From Octopus sinensis (Eukaryota), in contig NW_021828861.1 in assembly GCF_006345805.1 (NCBI RefSeq), positions 1 through 7,527 on the forward strand: DNA of 7,527 bases, written 5' to 3'. This document shows positions 1 through 7,527 of the stretch, piece by piece. The position numbers were made by a program, and so were the translations under genes. How positions within the stretch are numbered: position 1 is the first letter of the stretch; every line of letters begins with the position of its first letter. The notes beneath the pieces were generated by a model. That model saw only the letters and a list, made by a program, of their open reading frames with translations. It did no database searches and had not been told where the DNA came from.

Positions 1-28
1 ACCTGGCTCCATCAAACTCAAACTCGTA

Positions 29-861
29 ATGGGACTATCCACAATACACAAGACCGCCACAGCAAATAGACCCAAGGTGGACACCACTGGCAACAGCACA
101 CACATCACCTCGATGCTCCTACTGAACATCAGAGGACTGCTAGCACTCAGTAACAGGACAAAAATCCCTTTCTTGAGAGACCTTGTTGCATGCAATCAAG
201 CCTTATGCATAGCACTTACGGAAACACACCTGAAACCGGACACAGCAGATGTGGAAATACACATACCACAGTATGTTGTACTACGGACCGACAAAAAAAA
301 GGAGTCATGAAAGTTTGCTATGTACATCCGCGAAGACCTCACACCCCAGGTCCTTTTGTCATACTCAAATTCGTGTGTGACACACTAATTGTACATAGAA
401 GGCAACTTGGTGTAGTTTATTGTGCTACATATCGCCCTCCAGATGCTCCAAGCCATGTAGGCAAGTTTGAAGATTGCCTTATAAAAATAGAAGTTCTAGT
501 CACACTAGAACAACACGTAAGTGTACTTCTTATGGGAGACTTCAATCTGCCCAATGTCAGATGGCCCGAGGGCCTTTCTCTCCCAGGAATGACACGATGC
601 GAACGAGGACAGGCGAGGTCCCTCCTGAGCCTCATCAACACTCTGTACATGGAGCAAATAATACTCCAACCAACCAGGGCAGGTAACATACTGGATCTCT
701 GCTTCACAAATAATATGGATCTCATCCATAAAGTGAAAAGGACACCGACACTACTCTCGGATCACAACATGATAGAGCTGACCATGTACGGGCCAAAGGA
801 AAGCATGGACATGCAGTCTACAAGAAACTCTCAGAATCTTTCCAGCTTGAACTTCCATTAG
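29..861 (+). pseudogene. Apurinic/apyrimidinic-like endonuclease domain of LINE A ORF2, frameshifted
   Basis: Motifs in order: LNIRGL and ALTETHL (ORF 29-310), then YRPP, MGDFN (GDFN 535-546), PTR.GNILDL and LSDHN (SDHN 757-768) in ORF 190-861. Frameshifts lie around the A-run at 293-300 and near 370. The TAG at 859-861 is premature, since the same frame continues ANWKQIEK... into ORF 937-1197. Confidence 0.92.
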
Positions 862-3025
862 GCAAACTGGAAACAAATTGAGAAAGAGATCCTCAAACAA
901 AACTGGCCTGAATGTCTCTCCTCGTCAGACATCGACATGAAACTTCAACAATTCATGTCTGTAATGCAAGCCATGTGCTACAAATATGTCCCAGAGATAA
1001 AGGCCACCGTATACAAGAACAAAATCCCCAGAGAGAGAAAAATTCTAATGAGACGGCGTACAAAAGTTTCAAATTGCCTAAACAAACAAATTGAAAGCAG
1101 TGAAAAGGCCCGCCTGAAAATAAAACTGTTGGAAATTGAAAAATGTCTGCAACTCTCCCATGAAAAAGAAAGAGCAGGCAAAAAGCCTGGGCTATAGATA
1201 ACATAAAAATCTAACCCCAGAGCTTTCTACAGGTATGCCAAGAACCGCTACGGTGCACTGTAGGATAGGGCCACTCCTTGAAAAGGATGGCACAACTCAC
1301 AGGAAATCCAATGAGGATAAGTGAAATACTGAATGAGCAATTCAAGAGTATTTTCACTCCACTCCTAGGGCATTTTCAAGTCAGCAATCCAACTGACTTC
1401 TTTACCACTGCAGATATCAGAGGCAGCGATGATTGATTACATCAATATAAAGGAAGACGATGTAATAAAGGCTATAGATGAAATGAAAACAAACTCAGCT
1501 ACTGGCCCCGATGGATTCCCAGCAATCCTTCTAAAAGTATGTAAGAGAGTCCTAGCAAGACCACTGCAGTTCATCTTTCAGAGCTTCCTTGCAACTGGCA
1601 AACTTCCAAGAAAACTAAAGGAAGGTAAAATATTCCTATTCATAAAGGGTTAGCAGAGCGGAGGCAAGAACTACAGACCTATCTCTCTGACCTCACACAT
1701 CAGCAAGGTCATGGAACGAATAGTCAAAGGAAACTAATCACCTTCCTTGAAGAAAATTTCCAACCGGAAAAGCTGCCTAACTCAGCTCCTAACTCAGCTC
1801 CTACAACACTATGACTGGGTGCTGAAACGACTGCTCAACCACTCAAATGTGGAAGTCATATATCTCGACTTTGCAAAGGCCTTTGATAAAGTCGATCATG
1901 GAATGATATGTCACAAATTGCGTGATCTTGGCATAGTTGGAAAATTGGGAGAATGGCTTCATGACTTTCTGAAGGATAGAAGCCAGGTGGTAGTAGCCAT
2001 TAACACGCAAATAGTGAGCGGTGTTCCGCAAGGCACTGTTTTGGGACCACTACTGTTCATAATGGCCCTCTCAGACATGCCCTCAGCCACGCAGAGAGCC
2101 ACGATCACAAGTTATGCAGATGATACAAAAGTTTCACAGGCAATACAGAACCCTGAAGACACTATGCACCTGCAATGTGAGCTGAACAAAATAAACAAGT
2201 GGGCTGAAAAGAATAGCATGCAGTTCAATGCTGAAAAGTTTCAAGCTTTATGCTATCAGCATGCAAAACTAAATGCAATACCCAATAAATACACTGGACC
2301 TGGAGGGATTGCAATCCCAGAGGCACAATCAGTGCAAGACCTGGGTATTTACATGAGTGATGATGCAACCTTTCATGTGCATGTTGCTAAATTGGCAATG
2401 AAATGTAGGCGGCTGACCGGATGGATTCTTAAAACCTTTAGAACAAGAGACCAGGAAACCATGATGGTCCTCTGGACGACACTTGTCCTAAGCCACTTTG
2501 ACTATTGCTCTCAGCTATGGTCACCATCCAGTGTCAAGTTAATCACAGAACTTGAGGCGATCCAACGAAGCTACACGAAGAAGATAGCCTCTGTGCAGCA
2601 TATAAGCTATTGGGAAAGACTCAAGGGACTGAGACTCTATTCCTTAGAGCGTAGGCGAGAAAGATATGCCATAATATACATCTGGAAGATCCTAGAAGGA
2701 CTTGTCCCAAACTTTGGCATCGAGAGTTACACAAATACTAGAACTGGGCGTCACTGTATAGTGCCAAGGACTCTAAATTTGCCATCAAGATGTAGGACAA
2801 GATACTGTGATAGCCTGGGCTTCAGAGGCCCACAGCTCTTCAATATCCTCCCGAAGAACCTGAGAGACCTGCATGGGGTGGATGCAGATGTCTTTAAAAT
2901 AAAACTGGATCTCTTCCTGTCAGGTGTCCCAGATGAACCAACTTCACGGACAGGAGGTGCAGATGAGGGCAGTTGCATCGAACTCTCTCATGCACCAAAT
3001 GGCAATTGCTAAAAAGCATTCGTGA
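862..3025 (+). pseudogene. Linker, reverse transcriptase and C-terminal region of LINE A ORF2, disrupted
   Basis: Motifs: SATGPDGFP, NYRPISLTS (~1669-1695), YLDFAKAFD (1861-1887), GVPQG (2020-2034), YADD (2113-2124), DLGI. There are several frameshifts and stops (~1180-1320, ~1650, ~1730-1770). Removing one extra A at 2950 restores RQEVQMRAVASNSLMHQ..., matching LINE B, and ends at TGA 3023-3025. Confidence 0.93.
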
Positions 3026-3051
3026 AGTAAAATCATGTAGCAACACCAAAT

Positions 3052-3090
3052 GGCGGTGCCCCAGCATGGCCACAGCTCGTGAGCTGAAAC
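3052..3090 (+). other. LINE A 3'-terminal double stem-loop (putative RT recognition signal)
   Basis: GGCGGTGC-CCCA-GCATGGCC-A-CAGCTC-GT-GAGCTG-AAAC. Homologous copies lie at 5221-5259 (+) and 5587-5617 (-). The function is inferred. Confidence 0.75.
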
Positions 3091-3120
3091 TAGATAAAAT
3101 AAAATAAATAAAATAATATA

Positions 3121-3124
<4 letters not shown>

Positions 3125-3159
<35 letters not shown>

Positions 3160-3170
3160 ATTGATTGATT
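3125..3170. repeat. (AGT)~11-12 microsatellite followed by (GATT)3
   Basis: Read directly from the sequence. Confidence 0.97.
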
Positions 3171-3292
3171 GGTAAATCTGAAGTATATTCGACTACATAG
3201 ATACAATTTGGAAAATATTCGATCATTATTTCTAGCAGGTCTAGCAACCATATTGTACGGGTTTATTGGTTGGTGCGACAGATTATGTTGTC

Positions 3293-3310
3293 ATTATTAT
3301 TATTATTATT
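3293..3310. repeat. (ATT)6 microsatellite
   Basis: Read directly from the sequence; lies just upstream of SINE 1. Confidence 0.9.
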
Positions 3311-3321
3311 ACTATAATTAA

Positions 3322-3890
3322 GGTGGCGAGCTGGCAGAATGGTTAGCACACCGGGCGGAATGCTTAGCCGTATTTCGTCTGCCGTTACGTTCTGAGTTCA
3401 AATTCCGCCGAGGTCGACTTTGCCTTTCATCATTACGGGGTGGATAAATTAAGTACCAGTTACGCACTGGGGTCGATGTAATCGACTTAATCCGTTTGTC
3501 TGTCCTTGTTTGTCACCTCTGTGTTTAGCCCCTTGTGAGTAGTAAAGAAATTGGTATTTCGTTTGCCGCTACGTTCTGAGTTCAAATTCCGCCGAGGTCG
3601 ACTTTGCCTTTCATCCTTTCGGGTTCGATAAGATAAGTACCAGTTGAACACTGGGGTCGATATAATCTACTTAGACCTTCCCCCGAAATAGCTGGTCTTG
3701 TACGAAAATTTAAAACCAATATGTATGATTTTACGCTCTGAGTTCAAATTCCACTGAGGTCAACTTTGCCATTCATCTTTTCGGGATCGATAAAATAGGC
3801 ACCAAAAAGAGCACAGGGGTCCAAGTAATCGACTAATCCCCGCCCCCAAGATTTCAGGCCTTGTGCTAATAGTGAATAGGATTGTTATTT
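3322..3890 (+). mobile_element. tRNA-derived SINE 1 with one head and three tandem copies of the B-box plus central domain
   Basis: A-box TGGCAGAATGG (3332-3342) and B-box-like GAGTTCAAATTCC (3394-3406). The block TCTGAGTTCAAATTCC..GAGGTC.ACTTTGCC.TTCATC..TCGGG.TCGATA..TAAGTACCAG starts at 3391, 3575 and 3737. It resembles an abundant octopus SINE, and its central domain resembles the Meta/Nin-type domains (recalled, not verified). Confidence 0.88.
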
Positions 3891-4091
3891 TTTATGATGG
3901 GAGAAGGGGGAGAGATAGGCAGAGAGGAAGACAGGAAGTTAAGCATATCGCGTTGCACTTAAGTACATTATGACATAAAACAGTGCAGTCGTTTAGTGTG
4001 GGATGTGTTCTGTGAAGATTTACCGTTAAATTTACTCATTTCATTGTCATTTATCAAATACAGTCTCGCCATTTCAAAGACAGATTTTGAA

Positions 4092-4103
4092 ATATATATA
4101 TAA

Positions 4104-4143
<40 letters not shown>

Positions 4144-4157
4144 GTATGTATATATAC
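4092..4157. repeat. (TA)n/(CA)15 compound microsatellite
   Basis: (CA)15 at 4107-4136, flanked by TA runs. Confidence 0.97.
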
Positions 4158-4384
4158 TTTATACTTTCTAAACTTTCCTGTATTTTCTGGTCTTTCCTTT
4201 TGTCGTCTCTTCGTACTGTGGACACACATTTTTTTTCTCTCCTTGTTTTTTCTGTGTCTCTTTCTGTAGAAGAGCGTAGGCTCGAAATGTAAAAGACTTT
4301 TCAATTCCTGAGCGTTATACTAGTACATTTGTTTGTTTTGTACACCACCTGTTTTTGTCTTTTGTTTTTTTCGTAAACTCTCCT
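4158..4384 (+). repeat. Short pyrimidine-rich interspersed repeat, possibly a Penelope-like terminal repeat remnant
   Basis: T/C-rich ~225 bp segment between microsatellites, containing AGAAGAGC-GTAG-GCTC-GAAATGTA (4268-4291), a degenerate hammerhead-like core. Its status as a dispersed repeat is recalled and cannot be shown from this window. Confidence 0.4.
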
Positions 4385-4420
4385 TATATATGTATATGTG
4401 TGTGTGTGTGTGTATTTATA
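4385..4420. repeat. (TA)n/(TG)8 microsatellite
   Basis: (TG)8 at 4397-4412. Confidence 0.95.
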
Positions 4421-4637
4421 GGGGTTATTTGAAATTTCCGTATTGGACGTTAAAATGTAATTGGATGCTTAACCAAGACGACTATTCATGGGGAACACTC
4501 TATTGCGTTATTAAATGACATTTGATCTTCCAAATTCCAACGCAAAGATTCCAAACACATATATGTGTGTGATGACCAAGTGTCATCCGAAGGTTTATTA
4601 AACCAGAACATTAAGGATCATACAAACCAAACACCAT

Positions 4638-4866
4638 TTATATCTATATATACGTGTGAGTGCGTACGTGTGAGTGCGTGCGTGTGTGTGTGTGTGTATA
4701 TATATATATACATATATATATACATATACATATATATATACATATAATACATATTATATATATACACATATAACTCATATATATATACATATATATGTAT
4801 ATATATATATATATATACATAATATATATATGTATATAATATATATACTGTATATATATATATATA
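4638..4866. repeat. Compound microsatellite: TG/CG-rich tract then a long imperfect (TA)n
   Basis: TACGTGTGAGTGCG occurs twice (4651-4678), followed by (TG)n and ~170 bp of TA with CA interruptions. Confidence 0.95.
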
Positions 4867-4871
4867 GCATA

Positions 4872-5272
4872 GGCGGCAGGAGTGGCTGTGTGGTAAGTAG
4901 CTTCCTTACCAACCACATGGTTCCGGGTTCAGTCCCACTGCGTGGCATCTTGGGCAAGTCTTCTGCTATAGCCCCGGGCCGACCAAAGCCTTGTGAGTGG
5001 ATTTGGTAGACGGAAACTGAAAAGAAGCCTGTCGTATATATATATATATATATAATGTATGTGTGTGTATGTGTTTGTGTGTCTGTGTTTGTCCCCCTAG
5101 CATTGCATGACAACCGATGCTGGTGTGTTATGTCCCCGTCACTTAGCGGTTCGGCAAAGAGATAGATAGAATAAGTACTGGGCTTACAAAGAATAAGTCC
5201 CGGGTCGGGTGCTCGATAAAGGCGGTGCTCCAGCATGGCCGCAGTCAAATGACTGAAACAACAATAAAAGAG
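4872..5272 (+). mobile_element. tRNA-derived CORE-like SINE 2 with a LINE-derived 3' tail
   Basis: A-box TGGCTGTGTGG (4883-4893), B-box GGTTCAGTCCC (4926-4936) and CORE-like CTTGGGCAAGTC (4949-4960, compare MIR CCTTGGGCAAGT). It has an internal TA/TG microsatellite (5035-5091), and its 3' end (5221-5259) is homologous to the 3' ends of both LINEs. Confidence 0.88.
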
Positions 5273-5586
5273 TATATACATATACCTATATATATACATA
5301 TACATAATATATATACATATACATACATATATATGTATACATATATATAATATATATGTATACATACATGTATATATATATACATACATATATGTATATA
5401 TGTATACATACATGTATATATAATACATACATATGTATATATATATATTATATAATATATATATATATGTATACATACATTATATATATCATACATACGT
5501 ATATATATATATTATATATATATAATATATAGATAGATAGATAGAACATGTGTATATATATATAATATATTATATATATACATGTA
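5273..5586. repeat. Long imperfect (TA)n/(TACA)n microsatellite with a short (GATA)n
   Basis: Read directly from the sequence; separates the SINE 2 3' end from the LINE B 3' end. Confidence 0.97.
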
Positions 5587-7527
5587 TTCAGAGCTGCGGC
5601 CATGCTGATGCACCGCCGTTTTTGCTAGCACTGTTATTGCGAAGAACCTCGTCTAATATGTGGCACTTGGTGAAGAATGGAGTTTGATATAGCTACTCTC
5701 GTTTGCACCTCTTGCCGTGAGGTAGGGTCATCTGGGACTCTCGACAGGAAGATGTCCAGCTTTGATTTAAAAACCGCTACATCTACTTTGTGCAAGTTCC
5801 TCAGACTCTTTGGGAGAATATTAAAAAGCTGTGGGCCCTTGAAACCCAGGCTGTTGCAGAAGCTGGTCCTGAAGCGTGATGGCATTGCTGGGATCTTTGG
5901 CACTATGCAGTGTCGTCCCGTTCTAGCATTGGTGTAGCTTACAATGCCAAAATTTGGCACAATTCCTTCCAGGATCTTCCACACATATATTACTGCATAC
6001 CTCTCCCGTCTTCTCTCCAGGGAGTAGAGTCTTAGCTGTTTCAACCTTTCTCAGTAGCTGAGCTGTTGCAAAGAGACGATCTTCTTTGTGAATCTTCTCT
6101 GGATTGCTTCAAGGTCCGCTATTAATTTTACACTGGTGGGTGACCATAGCTGTGAGCAGTAATCCAGGCGGCTGAGGACGAATGTCCGCCAGAGGACCAT
6201 CATGGTTTCCTTATCTCTGGTTCTGAATGTTCTTAGGATCCACCCAGCCAGTCGTCTGCACTTTGTCGCCATCCTGGTAATGTGCACTTGGAAAGAGGTA
6301 TCATCACTCATGTCGATACCCAGGTCCCTCACAGACTTAGGCGCTGGGATTGAAATTCCCTGTGGACCGGTGTATCCTGTAAGTTTAATATTCAGTTTTG
6401 GATGCTGGTAGCATGGCCTGGAATTTTTCAGCATTAAACTGCATATTATTATCCTCAGCTCATCTGTAGATTGAGTCCAACTCCTGCTGTAGGTGTGCAA
6501 CATAGCTGGGGTTCTGCATTTTCTGCGAGACTTTCGTATCGTCTGCATAGCTGGCCAGAGTGGCTATCCGGGCATTTGAGGGCATATCTGAGAGGGCCAC
6601 TATAAAAAGCAATTGTCCCAAGACAGTGCCCTGTGGAACACCGCTCACTATTTGTGTGTTCATAGAGGTGGCTCCATTAACCACTGCTGCCTGACTCCTA
6701 TCCAAGTTTTCCAGCTATGCCGAGGTCACGCAGTTTGTGGCATATCATACCATGATCCACCTTGTCAAAAGCTTTTGCAAAATCAAGGTAGATTACGTCC
6801 ACATTTGATTTGTTGAATAACTGCCTCAACACCCAGTCATAATATAAGAGCTGGGTCAGGCAGCTCCTACCTGGTCGAAAACCATGCTGGGTATCACTCA
6901 GCAAGTTATTTTCCTCAAGGAATGCGATTAGTTTCTTTCTGACTATCCGTTCCATGACTTTGCTGATGTGTGAAGTCAGAGAGATAGGCCTATAGTTTTT
7001 GGCATCTGCTCTACTTCCCCCTTTATGTATTGGGCATATTATTCCCTCCTTCAGCTTGCTTGGCAGTTTGCCATTCGCAAGAGCTCTGGAGAGAATCTTG
7101 AGGGGTTTTGCCGGGGCAGGCTTACACGCTTTGAGGAGGATGGCTGGGAAACCATCTGGACCAGCAGCTGAGTTTGTGTCCACTTCATCTATGGCTAGTA
7201 GGACATCTTTTTCGCTAATGTCAATACATTCTGTTGTAACCGCCTCGCTAGTTATAGGTGAGGCGGCAAAGAAGTCCACTGGTTCGTTCACTTGTCTGTG
7301 TTCCAACGGGGTGGTAAAGACACTTTTGAACTGGTCATTCAGCATCTCACTGATCTTAGTTGGACTGTCTGTGAGGGAGCCATCTTTTGGAGGAGGGTCC
7401 ATCTTGTAGTACACTGAGACTGTTTCTTTTCTCGTAATGAAAGAAGGCCTTTGTGTTGATTTAATAATTTTTTATAACCAGGCTTCTTTGTCTGCTTTCT
7501 CCTTCACATAGGATTGTTGCAGCCTTT
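5584..7527 (-). mobile_element. Non-LTR retrotransposon (LINE copy B), same family as copy A but a diverged lineage; decayed, continues beyond window
   Basis: Minus-strand ORF fragments are collinear with LINE A. The 3' motif GGCGGTGC-ATCA-GCATGGCC-G-CAGCTC-TGAA lies at 5617-5587. Confidence 0.95.
5634..7527 (-). pseudogene. Reverse transcriptase and C-terminal region of LINE B ORF2, disrupted
   Basis: Motifs: SAAGPDGFP, KNYRPISLTS, QHGFRPGRSC, YLDFAKAFD, GVPQG, YADD (6549-6538), DLGI, YSLERRRERY; terminal TAA at 5636-5634. Premature TGA codons at 6460-6462 and 6051-6053 correspond to Trp in copy A. There is a deletion/frameshift at ~6700 and a frameshift near 6415. Confidence 0.93.

Larger units (their letters stand above)
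1..3116 (+). mobile_element. Non-LTR retrotransposon (LINE copy A), APE-RT type, CR1-group-like (exact clade unresolved); decayed, 5' end outside window, 3' end intact
   Basis: Collinear ORF fragments give an APE endonuclease, a linker, an RT domain and a C-terminal region (YSLERRRERY...WKIL). These are followed by a short 3' UTR with a double hairpin (3052-3086) and a (TAAAA)n-like tail (3095-3116). Confidence 0.95.

Noticed and set aside
1747-3012. Intact RT gene, or a retron, DGR or group II intron RT
   Set aside because: It has no ATG start and is a fragment of a frameshifted APE-RT ORF2 with internal deletions. The motifs and tail are those of a non-LTR retrotransposon.
3322-3410. tRNA gene (also 4872-4945)
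   Set aside because: A and B boxes are present, but I could not form a convincing cloverleaf or acceptor stem, and both run into SINE bodies.
3370-3840. Three spaced direct repeats as a CRISPR-like array
   Set aside because: The repeats are over 100 bp, contain pol III B-boxes and have related 'spacers'. There are no cas genes and the context is eukaryotic.
3891-4090. Possible exon or regulatory sequence in the unique-looking spacer (also 3171-3290 and 4421-4637)
   Set aside because: I found no supportable ORF, splice pattern or motif, only a short GA-rich tract.
4860-5285. Target-site duplication around SINE 2
   Set aside because: Both flanks are TA microsatellite, so any match is uninformative.
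3968-5496. ORFs rich in YI/CV/HT repeats, up to 233 aa
   Set aside because: These are translations of TA/CA/TG microsatellites and SINE sequence, with no coding signal.
417-7409. Antisense and alternate-frame ORFs within the LINEs (e.g. 417-725, 2751-2978, 5677-5937, 6999-7409)
   Set aside because: They are shadows of ORF2; similarity between 2751-2978 and 5677-5937 simply reflects homology of the two LINEs.
1250-7527. The two LINEs as terminal inverted repeats of one composite or foldback transposon
   Set aside because: They are too diverged, with mostly synonymous differences where checked, and have independent lesions and separate 3' ends.

Overview
Eukaryotic, repeat-dense DNA with no intact cellular gene, probably cephalopod (Octopus-like). 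The species call comes only from recalled resemblance of the SINEs. Two decayed non-LTR retrotransposons (APE endonuclease plus reverse transcriptase, CR1-group-like) face each other tail-to-tail: + strand 1-3116 and - strand ~5584-7527, both running off the window. The ~2.5 kb between them holds two different tRNA-derived SINEs (one with a triplicated body, one CORE-like), a short pyrimidine-rich repeat with a degenerate hammerhead-like motif, and many TA/CA/AGT/ATT microsatellites. The most informative signal is a ~39-nt 3'-terminal double-hairpin motif shared by both LINEs and the CORE-like SINE. Its differences fall mainly in loops or preserve pairing, which points to a LINE/SINE partnership with a conserved RNA recognition structure.
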